DNA of 63,495 nt, filler included, from Octopus bimaculoides (lineage: Eukaryota): NCBI RefSeq assembly GCF_001194135.2. It is 4 parts of 4 records of this genome, joined end to end, with 100 filler letters (N's around TTAATTAATTAA, not from the genome) between each part and the next. Parts side by side here need not be neighbours in the genome. Positions count along the whole stretch, not along the records: positions 1 to 27,729 come from NC_068987.1; positions 27,830 to 36,381 come from NC_068983.1; positions 36,482 to 51,169 come from NC_068991.1; 1 more part is not named here. One strand, given 5' to 3'. Of the stretch, positions 25,850 to 37,868 are shown in pieces. A program made the position numbers and the translations under genes. The notes under the pieces are model-generated. The model had not been told where the DNA came from. It made no database searches and saw only the letters and a list, made by a program, of their open reading frames with translations. Within the stretch, counting starts at the first letter, position 1, and the number at the start of each line of letters is the position of its first letter.

Positions 25850-27729
25850 ACAATAAGAGTTTAGAGTTTAGCTACCAGACTAAGAGAATCTGGCTTCCAA
25901 ATCAAAGTCTTCGCAGTAGAGACGGGGGTAAACAATGTAGAGTGACCCTACTTCAGCTACTGAATGGGGTCTTCTGTCAGTGCTGACAAGAAGGTGCTGT
26001 TCCATAGGATATGACCGGCGCAAAGATTATCAAATTCTACAAGAACGAGGTCGAAAGAAGTGACTGCAACAGATACAACAGGGGCATCTCTCTTCTCAAT
26101 GTTGTCAGCATCCTTGTATCACTGCGGCTGTTCGGTATCTTCCTCCTCTGTGTCGTTGGCATCCCTGTATCGCTGTCGGAGTCGAGCATCGCCCTTGTCA
26201 GTCTCGCCGGCATCCCTGTATCAGTGCCGGCGCCGGGCATTTCCCTCCTCAGTGTTGTCAGCATCCCTCTACCGCTGCCAATGTCGGGCATCTCCTGTTT
26301 CAGTGTCGTCAGCATTCCCCTAACGCTCCCGATGTCGGGCTTCGCTCTTCTCAGTATCGTCGGCATCCCTGTATCACTGTTGGTGTCTAGTATCTCCTTC
26401 CTCAGTGTCGTCAGCATCCCTGTATCGCAGTCGATATCAGGCATCTCCTTCCTTAGTATCATCGGCATCCTTTCTCAGTGTCGTCGGCATCCCTATGTCA
26501 CTTCCGGTCTCTTGCGTCTCCCTTCTCAGTGTCGTCGGCATTCCCGTTTCACAACCAGTGTTGCGCATCTCCTTCCTCAGTGTCGCCGGCAATGTATTCG
26601 CACGGGTCATCTTTGTCCACTTGCAGATGCTGTACGAACTTGTCTACCCAGTGTTACAGCTCGGCTTCCGAGCTGAGAGATCAACAGTAGACATGAACTT
26701 CCCCCTTTGCCAAAAAGAGGAGAAGTGCAGGGAACATAACATGCTCCTATGTTTGTCGCTTTCATGGACCTTACCAAGGTGTTTGATCTGGTCTGTAGAG
26801 ACGGCATTTTCAAGATACTCCCCAAAACTGGTTGCCCGTCAAAACTGCAAAAGATGATCGAATCCTTTCACACCCACATGAAGGAGACAGTGCAGTTTAA
26901 CGGGGACACCTCAGAGCCGTTCAGCATCTGCAGCGGCGTCAAACAATGCTGCGTCCTTGTACCCACACTCTTTGGGATTTTCTTCGTTCTTCTCTTGAAG
27001 CACGCATTCGGCACTGCAACAGAGGGGATTTTCCTGCGCTCCAGATCGGACGACAGGCTGTTCAACCTCATCCGCCTCAGATCGAGGACAAAGATGCGCA
27101 AAACCCTCATCAGAACCATGCTGTTTGCCGATGATGCAGCGGTTGTAACACGCTTCCAGAAGATCTCCGGTTACTGATGGACTGCTTCTCTCAGGCCTAC
27201 AGGGATTTTGAGCTGACCATCCGCCTAAAGAATACAAATCTCTTGTGACGGGATACAGAGTCACCGCCGGTCATCGAAATCGATGTCTACCAGCTCAATG
27301 TCGTCCATCAGCTCACTTACCTCGGCTCCACCATCATCGACAAACTCTCTCTGGACACAGAACTTGACAAGGCAGCCACGACACTTGCTCACCTCACAAC
27401 CCGAGTGTGGACAAATCCCAAGCTGATGCTAAAGACCAACATGGTAGTGTATAACGCCTGTGTCGTCTGCACACTGCTGTATGGCAGTGAGACTTGGGGC
27501 CACATATGCCCGACAGAAGAGGCAGCTCAACACCTCCCATCTGAGAAGTCTACGTTACACCCTGGGTATATCTTGGCAACACAGTGTCCAACGCTGAGGT
27601 CCTGAATCCTGCAGGCCTTCCCAGAATGTTCACCGTGGTTCCATAACGCAGACTGCACTTGCTAGGACACGTCCACCGCATAAAGGTTGGTCGCATCTCC
27701 AAGACCGTTCTCTGTGGAGAGCTGGCATC
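25850..27729 (+). mobile_element. RTE-clade (BovB-like) LINE ORF2 pseudogene
   Basis: AKIIKFYK..ERSDCN.Y.RGISLL, GFRAERSTVDM, FMDLTKVFDLV, GVKQCCVLVPTLF, MLFADD (27118), LTYLGSTI, TLLYGSETW; frameshifted; ends at a gap. Confidence 0.95.
26083..26590 (+). repeat. About 10 copies of a 51 bp (17-codon) repeat inside the RTE ORF
   Basis: Units GISLLSVVSIPLPLPMS, GFALLSIVGIPVSLLVS, SISFLSVVSIPVSQSIS and others; the array ends by resuming the LINE at ISFLSVAGNVFARVI. Confidence 0.9.
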
Positions 27730-27773
27730 NNNNNNNNNNNNNNNNNNNNNNNNNNNNNNNNNNNNNNNNNNNN

Positions 27774-27785
27774 TTAATTAATTAA
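27774..27785. other. Artificial TTAATTAATTAA scaffold linker (also at 36426-36437 and 51214-51225)
   Basis: Identical six-frame-stop 12-mer centred in N-runs totalling 100 bp. Confidence 0.9.
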
Positions 27786-27829
27786 NNNNNNNNNNNNNNN
27801 NNNNNNNNNNNNNNNNNNNNNNNNNNNNN

Positions 27830-27912
<83 letters not shown>

Positions 27913-28139
27913 CAGAATTGCAGGTATAAACCTGAATCTGTAATCTGAATAGAGTAGCTGCAAAGTATGTATGTATGTATGTATGCATGTATGTATGTTT
28001 GTATGTATGTAATCATGCATATGTATGTGTGTGCGTGTGAGTATGTATTCCACTATATTTTATTTCGCTGAGACGATCAATGATGACATTTGACCTTAGT
28101 TATAATTTATATTTGTTTGTAAGTGTCTAAGCAACAATG

Positions 28140-29450
28140 TGGAAAAGCCAGAAGTTTCAGACAAGAAAAGAGACCGATTAATTTACATTTTACAGTGATA
28201 AACCTGCAATGTAAAACGTCCTTCAAAACGTTAGAACCTATCGAGCAGCAGGTATCAGATGTAACAATCAGTTAATAATAAGAATACTTCAGTTAAAGCT
28301 GAATGATGATAGAAATAAAGATGAGTTTGTAATTGAATATAAGAATCGATTTGTTGGGGCTTGGAAAAGGATAAAAAGAAGGAGACGCATTTCGGGTGAT
28401 ACATACGAAGTAATTGAGGCGCAAAAGGAACAAAAACGTGAATTGCTGAAAGCGACTAAACATTGGAGTCACAACAGAGAAATGAAAAGGTATTCGGGTA
28501 GAGATAAAGGAGAATTCTTGAAAGTGAAATCTGTTGAAGCAGATAAATTACTTAAAGCTGAAATCAGAAAACTCGAGGAAAAATAAATGAAATTTCAAGT
28601 AAAGTAAAGAAATCAAAAAAGATTACCTGCGTTTAGAACTAATAATATTTAATATGAACATCGAAGATTAAATTGAAAGAACATCTTAATATTGTCATGA
28701 ACAAGGTGTTGAATGAGGAAATGCTCTGGTAATTCCTGATCCACAAGTTAAACTGCAAGTAACTTGAGATGAATCATCTGATGAAGAAATAACAAAAGCC
28801 ATTGTGTAATTTAACAACGGAAAAGTTCTTGGATTAGATAGAATTGCAGAAGAAATGCTAAAAGCAAGTGAATGTAAAAGCATTACTAAATCTATTTTGT
28901 AATATACGGATTATTGAAAGATACTTGGTGATTGGAAAATTGTTGTAGTAACTATGATGCCTAAAAATTCAGCGGTACATAATCCTGTGCAACATTGTGT
29001 TGAAAGTGTTCAGTTCGGTTATCCTGAATAAGATACAGATAGTTGTGGACAATACTCCAAGATAGGTTTCGAGCGAACGCGAGGTGGAAGTGACTAGTTA
29101 TTTTTGTTCGTGCATATTGTACAACTATTTATTGAACTCAGACAACCTCTGATCATGAATTTTGTAAAGAGATTTGACATAACGATTACAGCTTGGAAGC
29201 ATCACGTTGATATGGTTTGCCCTAAAGGCATGACAATCTGGTACACAGAATACATCAGCCTGTCGACTAACCTAGAAGACATCACAGCCGTGGGAGGTAA
29301 GTGCAAAGTAAGCGTAGATGGTCAGCTCTCAAATGAATTTGAAGCTAGAAGTCAAATACTGCAGGAAGATTTATGCATTGTCGCAGTTGTTTGTTGTTCT
29401 AATAAATCACGTCATGAAACAAATAATCGTAGATGGAAAAATACAATCGA
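28140..29450 (+). mobile_element. Old, heavily degraded RTE-type LINE remnant
   Basis: EEITKAI..FNNGKVLGLDRIAEEMLKA, DWKIVVVTMMPK, MNFVKRFD, VSVDGQLSNEF. Confidence 0.7.
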
Positions 29451-29452
29451 AT

Positions 29453-29687
29453 TAAGGCGGCGAGCTGGCAGAAACGTTAGCATGCCGGGCGAAATGCTTA
29501 GCGGTATTTCGTCTGCCGCTACGTTCTGAGTTCAAATTCCGCCGAGGTCGACTTTGCCTTTCATCCTTTCGGAGTCGATTAACTAAGTACCAGTTACGCA
29601 CTGGGGTCGATATAATCGACTTAATCCGTTTGTCTGTCCTTGTTTGTCCCTTCTGTGTGTAGCCCCTTGTGGGCAGTAAAGAAATAA
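29453..29687 (+). mobile_element. Young SINE family A copy with an 18 bp target-site duplication
   Basis: TSD ggaaaaatacaatcgaat (29435-29452) and ggaaaaatacaaccgaat (29688-29705); CpGs intact; inserted at the end of the old LINE remnant. Confidence 0.93.
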
Positions 29688-31059
29688 GGAAAAATACAAC
29701 CGAATGGGTTTGTGGACAGCATTGAGCAGATCTGGGGTATGCACATGATATTGTTATACTTAATAATGAAGTAACAAAAATCTATGTCTATGAGGAGAAG
29801 AGAGAGAATAGATCGATCGATCGATACACAGACAGATAGATAGCTAGATAGATAGATAGATAGATAGATTGCTTGATGGATGGACAGACAGACAAAGTAA
29901 ACCCATTATGATTAAATTTCAATTAAATATAACATTTGATCATTTGATTTTTTTATTCAAAATTCGGACAGAACTTGTGGGATGGCCTAATATATACACC
30001 TTACTTCAGGAAGTAGTGTGCTATATTTTTACATAACTCAGATGCACATCAAATAAAGTGGTAGCACTCCCTTGTCACACTCAGTAGCAGAAATACTGCA
30101 AGCCAATAATGGTGGGTGGAGGCATAGAAAATCTGTAACCGGGACGTTATTGTCCACAAATTGCTATACAAAATAATATGTACAAATCAGAGTGTGGATG
30201 TTTATTTTCTAACTTTACAGTTTGTTGACGAATATGGAAGAGAGTACTCAATATATGAAAAAAAATTATAGTTTATTTAAATCTAATAGCTTACTGACAA
30301 CACAAGTTTCACGCTATGACATATATATATATATATGATGTATGTATAAGCTAGTGGAGGATATCCTACACGACATATGCAAAAATATTCTGAATTGAAA
30401 TTTTCGTCTTTGTTGAAGAAAGAAAACAACGACTTAATGTTAGTGAAGTTGGATGACAGAATCGGAAGCTGACACTCTCAATGCTGTTTTCGACTCCCTT
30501 CTTCTTTGTCCTGTCGAGGTTGACCTACAGATGTTAAGGCTAGATATCAACCGCATGAATTTCATTCGTATCGGAAAGTCTGTAAAGGCCATTTCCACTG
30601 TTTCTCCTCCTCCTCCTCCTCCTCCACTGACTAAATTATTGATAGAAAGCGACCAGAAGACGAATAGACAGTCGTTAGAGTATTGAATGAACTATTATGT
30701 GATAATTAATCTGATACCTTGCGCTGTGTTCAGATCTCAGCAAGGACTATTTTGCTTTCATTCTTCGGGGTCAATAAATTAAGTAGCCGTCAAGTGCTAT
30801 GCATTGGCAGAATCGCTAGAGCGTCCACCGAAATCGACATTGCTTTTCATCCTTTCGGGGTCGATAAATTAAATACCAGTTGCGTACTGGGGTTGATCTA
30901 ATCGACTGGCCCCCTTCACAAATATTTCGGGCCTTTTGTTTTGAGTAGAAAAGGAATCGCTAGAGCGTCAAACAAAATGCATTGCGGTATTTGTTCCAAC
31001 TCTGTACGTCGGGAATTCAAATATCGCTGTGAACTACTCAACTGATAACTTTAATCCGT

Positions 31060-31400
31060 CTCCTAGTTTAAGACCACTACTTATCACCCAAGGTACCTCC
31101 AGCAGGGTCTACACTGTTGCAAGCATACAGGCTTGAGTACCTATTTAAGAATACCTTCGTCTTTCTTTCAGCTGCATCAGTTTTGGGATCTTTGTGAAGT
31201 ATCTTGGGCATTGCCTTCTGACAAAAAAAAAATAATAAAAAACTGCTCTAAACAAACACAGCAGTGCTATAAGAATCCTTGACCACTCGTTATTGTATAC
31301 AAATACCTTGGTATGCACCCTGGGTATCAGAAGAGGGATTTTCCAGGGCGATAGCCTATCTCTGTTGCCTTTTGTTCTCTGCATGATACCCCTGATCTTA
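31060..31400 (+). mobile_element. R4/Dong-like non-LTR RT fragment
   Basis: IRRGIFQGDSLSLLPFVLCMIP at 31326-31389 matches the GIFQGDSLSPLLF RT motif. Confidence 0.7.
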
Positions 31401-31414
31401 ACTAAGTAGACGGT

Positions 31415-31860
31415 GAAGCGGCAGAATCATTATCACGCCGGGCGAAACGCTAAGCGACATTTATTCCGTCTTTACGTTCTGAATTCAAATCCTTCCGCGG
31501 CCGATTTTTACCTTTCATCCTTTCAAGGTCGATAAAATAGGGTACCAGTTGAGCACTGGGGGTCAATGTAATCGACCTTACTCTCTCCCCTGAACTTGTT
31601 GTCATTGTGACAAAATTTGAAACCATTTTGTATTCCCCAGTGTTAAGTCGGTGTGCTAGCAGAATCGTTAGCTCGCAGGACTAAATGCTTAGCAGCATAC
31701 CATCCGTCTTTATGCTCTGAGTTCAAATGTCGTCGAGGTCGACTTTGCTTTTCGTCCGTTCGGAGTCGATAAAATAAGTATCAATTGAATACTGTGGTTG
31801 ACGTAATCGATTAGTCACCAACCACCAACTTTCAGGCCTTGCGCCTAAAGTAGAAAAGAT
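31415..31860 (+). mobile_element. Two tandem diverged SINE family A copies
   Basis: Heads near 31415 and 31650 with matching bodies. Confidence 0.8.
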
Positions 31861-32377
31861 TATTAAATTCCCAAGTTGTCCCTAGTTCTACTACGAGCTC
31901 TGACGTACCCAAATGATACCAGTGATCCATACTAAAATTTGATGGTCCACAGCGTGCTTCATAAGACCAAGAAAGTAATTTCTTTTATAAAGAAGATGAT
32001 CAAAAACTTAAATCAATTAAAAATAAATCTAAATGGATTTTATTAGATACAGTGCATGATTAATTTCTTAATGTACAATATTTGTGTCTATTGTGTTGAC
32101 ACATAAGCATGAATAAGTAAATTTATATTTGGTGATCCGTAATTTTTCTAATGAAGCTTGTCAACCGTCTGATAAAAACTGTGCATCATTAATCTACGAT
32201 ATTTAAGCCGTGATCACTGTTTTTTTTGTTTTTTGTTTTTTGCTGTTGTTTTTGTTTTTTGTTTCGGGAACATATTAACCCGTACTAGATTATCGAATGT
32301 GTCTACTTTTAAGAGAGTGGAGTGTTGTTGAAGGGATTTTGGGTTTTATTTCTAGTAACTCGATCGACAACATAGAG

Positions 32378-32514
32378 TAGGCATGGGCAACCATTCTCGA
32401 GAAGCGGACCGCATCAGACGTGGCTCATTGTGAGGTGGGCTAATAATTTCAAGGTAATATTTCGTTAGGCTTGCCATTCAGATAGTCCTGCGGGCTGCAG
32501 TTTGCCCATGACTA
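32378..32514. mobile_element. 137 bp hAT-type MITE with an 8 bp TSD
   Basis: TIRs taggcatgggcaa and ttgcccatgacta; TSD acatagag / acgtagag (7 of 8). An 8 bp TSD is typical of hAT. Confidence 0.8.
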
Positions 32515-33742
32515 ACGTAGAGGGTGACACTGTTTAAATCTTTGTTTGTGCAAGACGGAGGCGGTAGACTGTTATTTTTTTTTTTTTTTTTTTTTTTTTT
32601 TCCTTTGTAAGGAGAAAATAGATATTAGAGATACGGGATGATCAGAAGTATAGGTGGTGTAAGAGTTGAGTAGGAGGCATACAGATTTTATAACTACTAT
32701 TAAATGCCTGGCTAACCAAGCAGAAATGATAGTAAGGAATGTGGGTTCGATTTATATTCGTGTCGTATGTTAATGCTTTTGTGTGCCGATGTGTGTACAT
32801 TATATGTGTGTGGGTGTTTTTTTTTTCTTTTCTTTTGTTTTATTTTATATTCTTCGCTCTTAAATACTGTAGTAATGATTTGAGAAAGTGAATTTAAAAG
32901 AAATAGATTTCTTACTTGTGCACAATATTTTGAAGTAATTTTGGACAAAAGACTATTTACGAAATAAATCAACCTTAATATATACCTGTTAGTTTGGGGG
33001 TTGTTTTTATCAACTTCTAAAAAGATCAAAAGGAAATATCGGCCATGGCGGACTTTGAACTCAAAATGCAGAAAATCAAAATTGGATATGTCGTGAAATA
33101 TTTCTATTGAGTTCTGAAACTAATTCTACTTATCCCCTGATATATAAAGGGAAACTGAATATTATAATGTCCATGCCTTTCTCAAGATTACTAACATTAT
33201 AAATTGCTTCTTTTACTTTTGTTTAGCCCTAGGCTAATCGAGACCATTGAAATCTATGATCAAAGTGATTCAAGTTAATACTATCACGCTTTTTTCTTTC
33301 TTTTCGTGCATACTATTCTCACTGTTTTTAGAACTATATTATATAGCAAGCTTTTCTTTTTCCCCAAAAGTAATACTTTGGAAAGAAGTCATGTCGCATT
33401 TTTGACACTTTGAGGATACGTTTTCAATACTTACAGTAAAATGAGCATTGATTTCTTGCAGACTAATGCGGTTGTGTGTGTGTGTGTGTGTTTCTTTGCA
33501 GATTATTTTATATCATAGTAGTGAAATTCGTATCGATGTTTACCCTTTTAAAGTAAGGCTTAAATCAGAGCCTTATCGTATACCGCATGGTGTGTGAAAT
33601 CAAAACAATGCTATTTCGCAACAGAAGCGACAAGAAACTTGTGATCTGAGTATGGAAATGAAGCTTTAAGTGTCCGAACATGCCAAGAATTGTTTGCTTA
33701 CTTTTGTTATATATATACACTACAAAGTGGGAGCGCTAACAT

Positions 33743-33782
<40 letters not shown>

Positions 33783-34088
33783 NNNNNNNNNNNNNNNNNN
33801 NNNNNNNNNNNNNNNNNNNNNNNNNNNNNNNNNNNNNNNNNNNNNNNNNNNNNNNNNNNNNNNNNNNNNNNNNNNNNNNNNNNNNNNNNNNNNNNNNNNN
33901 NNNNNNNNNNNNNNNNNNNNNNNNNNNNNNNNNNNNNNNNNNNNNNNNNNNNNNNNNNNNNNNNNNNNNNNNNNNNNNNNNNNNNNNNNNNNNNNNNNNN
34001 NNNNNNNNNNNNNNNNNNNNNNNNNNNNNNNNNNNNNNNNNNNNNNNNNNNNNNNNNNNNNNNNNNNNNNNNNNNNNNNNNNNNNNNN

Positions 34089-34158
<70 letters not shown>
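34089..34158. repeat. (GATA)n microsatellite
   Basis: Directly visible. Confidence 0.95.
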
Positions 34159-34159
<1 letters not shown>

Positions 34160-34639
34160 TGGTCGGCTCCAGCTCGTATCCAAGCACTGGGTTCGTCAGT
34201 TTCCATCCAGTCTCTTCAGTTGATGTTTGTGCCGAAAGTGACTTTAGAGTCCAAGTCGGCAGTGAAAGACTCGTGGATAGAACGGGATAGTCAGTGCAGG
34301 TCGAGGATGTTGAAGGCGCTCAGATACGTGTTCGATGTGCATTATATAGCTACCAGAGCTATAAATTGGAGTTCTGAAACTCAAACCTTAAAATCATGCT
34401 AAAATACGAGGATGACTATTATCCATTCATCGGAAAGTGATTGCTGATTTGATTGACATACACTATATGCAGGAAAGGAAGGAAAAAACCATGACGTGCT
34501 CTTTCTTAAAAATGGAAGGATGCACTAGACAACGCAATTCTAAATTAATCTCAACTGAAAACAAATGCAATTATCAAAGTAAAATGCCTTTAATCAATGA
34601 CAGCACTAGCAATCAGGGAAGATAGGGAATTCCAAATGG

Positions 34640-34990
34640 TTGCTCTACAGAGAATTCAAAATGGCTGCTGATTAGGAATAATTGCGCAAGAGTCGCAGCA
34701 GTAAAGATGATCAAAGAGTCAGGTACGTACAACGAGTCAGCGTGATATTTCATAAAGTTGTGGTTATGGTGGAGAGAAACAAGGAAAAAACAAAAACTGA
34801 GCAACCGCGGGCCAGTGGTTACAACATTAGTGAATTGTCGTTCAAGTAGATGACCTTTCGCATGCGGTCTTGGATATTTGTTGGAGAAGCAGCAGCGTTA
34901 TCGCAATATGTAAGAAATTATCCAGTATGGGTCACATTTTTTTTTTTTTTTTTTTTTGTATAGAGTCAGTGACGTCAAGGCTGAACAGAG
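34640..34990 (+). promoter_or_regulatory. Promoter-like region with a candidate first exon (ATG ATC AAA GAG TCA G|gtacgt, 34707-34722)
   Basis: YY1-like caaaatggctgc near 34657, CpG-containing, CRE tgacgtca at 34970, canonical donor at 34723. No convincing downstream ORF. Confidence 0.3.
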
Positions 34991-36344
34991 TCGTGATTTT
35001 GAAAATGTAGGTTTAATAATGTCGGACATATCATCAGATATTGCGATGCCTAGTATTTGTGAATATAAAAAATTCGGGAACCTTACAATAAAACATTAGA
35101 ATCTGGAGTTCTGCATCGATAAATAATAATTTCAAAAAAGATCGCAAAATGGAATAATTTATTTTGTTACAGCAATAGAAAAAAAAAGCAGCTTTACATT
35201 GCAAATAAGCCACTTGATCGGGGTGAGAAAAAATAATTACGGGTTATTAATTGTTTATTGGAAGCGGCAAATAATTATATGTGACGTGAGGGCTTGAATT
35301 CTGTGCTTTTCATGCGTTTGGACAGCAGTATTGAATGCGTCACGTTTATAGAAAAAAATGCCCTCGTGCGATTGAAGACAATCAGTTTGGTGCCCTTATT
35401 GGAAAGCTTTTTCAAGATCTTTGGGAGAAGAGCAAAGCTGACATCAGGTCTCTTGGATGCTCGCGATTGGTAAAGTGATTTGGAGGAGGAGGAGGACGAG
35501 GAGGAGGAGGAGGAGGAGGAGGAGGAGATAACAGATAGTGATAATGAGTATTATCTACGAACCCAGAACCTTGTGGTTGAGAAGCAAGCTTCTTACTACA
35601 CAGCCATTCCTGCGTCTATACATACATATATTTATTTATTTATTTATATACATACATAAACATTTTAGAAAACATCACATGCATGAACTCAAAATTCAAT
35701 AAAACTCAACAGCTTTATACAAACCAATCTATTGATTATTTTAATCGTGTATCATTAAGTATATTTAATAAATTCAAAACAGATTTGTTTAAACATAATA
35801 ATAAATATTATTAATTTATATTTAAACAAATAATTAACTATTATATAAAAAAAAGTGAAAACTTTATAGTTTTCATGAATTAATAATAATTTATTATGTC
35901 ATATATACATAACCTTAAACTAAGGACTTGTTCTTTATATATTAATTAATCCTTGTTTTCTTCTCATATTTACATAACATTTTAGAGATTTAATTTCAAG
36001 AGAGTTATTTAATTTATACACCCATAGATATAATGTTCAAGTTATGCATATATAATTATTAATTGATATTAATTGTATTTCGTATTAGATAATATAAGAA
36101 TGGGCCGATGTATAATTAATGATGCTAGATATCACCCGAATATTGAATATAAGCGCATTGAATGTTTAAAAAAGAAAAGGGGAAGACGATATTTTAGATT
36201 AAGCCGAATACGCAAATCTACAAACACCCAGCCACATATACACACACAGACTAATAGACGCGCACATACACACACACACACACACCAAACAAAATCATAC
36301 AAGCGTATATATATTTAAGTATGTGGGCCCCTTCCGTTTCCCAG

Positions 36345-36381
<37 letters not shown>

Positions 36382-37812
36382 NNNNNNNNNNNNNNNNNNN
36401 NNNNNNNNNNNNNNNNNNNNNNNNNTTAATTAATTAANNNNNNNNNNNNNNNNNNNNNNNNNNNNNNNNNNNNNNNNNNNNAAAAAAAAAAAAAAAAAAA
36501 AACAAACAATCACATTAACGAAAGAATACTTAGAGTACATTTAAGCAAAATCTTTTGTCACACATTCTCACTGAACATACATACACTAGCTTTTTGAGTC
36601 TTTGCCCTTTTTATGTTAATTATTTACATTTCATTATTTTGCAAAAAAAAAAATTTGTATCATTTTTGCTGCTCAGCTTCTCTGAAGCAAACACACAATC
36701 GTATCAATTGACTTTTGAAATTTTAACCTTGACAAGTATTAATAAAGCTAAACTGCTACAAACGTTGGCAGCCTGAACTAGACATGTCATGTGACTGCTC
36801 TGCTTTCTCTATCTGCCTTTCTGTTTCTTTTTTGTTTTAGTTGTTTGGGGTTGTTTTTTTTTGTTTTTTTTTCCTCCAAATTGTTGTCTATATTTTAGTT
36901 GTTTCTCCTCTCTATCTGCAGCTGCAATATCAATGCTAAATGTTTGTTGTCTTCATGCCAATAGCATCTATGTTTCTTGTACTCAACATTTTAATAGTTT
37001 GCATATTTAAGACATGAAAAAAAAAAACAAAAAAAAAACTTAAATTTCCAAAAATATTTTTTTTAAATGTAAAAAAAAAAAATTTAAAAAACATATATAT
37101 ATATATATATACATACATATATATACCTTTCTATCATGATGTACTCACAATCTGATAACTGAAGCAGATAATGACTGCTGTACTTCGAATTCTTCACAGA
37201 GGCCTGAGTCCCTGATGGTTCTCAACAGATAAAATTTCTTTTATTCTACTTAACAAAAATGTCACTGATTAATGCTTGAGCTGCTATGTACTTTGTTATT
37301 TAGGTCACTGGCACTCTGTAGATGTTCCCTGGCTGCTGGAATCACCATAATCACAGTATTTTATTACGTGTTTAATAAAGAAACGAATCTTTGAAACATA
37401 AATCTTGTATTATCTATTATTATTAAGTTTGCATGTAAAATACAAAAGATATGGATATGCGTCTTTTTTTCTTCTTCTTTTTTTTCCTTTTCTTTTAATT
37501 TGTGCCAAATTTACTCCATAGACTTCTCTGTCGCCTATTGAAATCATAGTCTTTTTACTGATGTATGTTATGTATGTCTTGTCTTTTGGCTAGAAAATTG
37601 ACATAGATACTATAAATGTCCAAGGAAGAGGAACAGCAGTTGCCAGTTCCATTTTCCATGTCTTCCATCTCTAGTGGTGTTGACGCCACTTTGAAATTAT
37701 AATAATGGCAATGGCTTTTAGCACGTCTGGACGTTGCAAGAATTATTCAACCATTTTAAAATTCACTGCTGCCAACTATATCATATAATTTTATTGGACT
37801 ATTTCTTTCACA

Positions 37813-37868
<56 letters not shown>

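Noticed and set aside
26037-26857. Overlapping repetitive ORFs (143, 87 and 150 aa) as independent genes or a CRISPR-like array
   Set aside because: They are alternative frames of the 51 bp array inside the RTE LINE; the units are contiguous and have no repeat-spacer structure.
27774-27785. TTAATTAATTAA motif recurring three times
   Set aside because: Synthetic scaffolding linker centred in 100 bp gaps.
34966-35036. Minus-strand TGATGA...CTGA with 10 nt complementarity to an 18S-like caaggctgaa
   Set aside because: No terminal stem, the match does not abut box D, and it overlaps a CRE in a promoter-like region.
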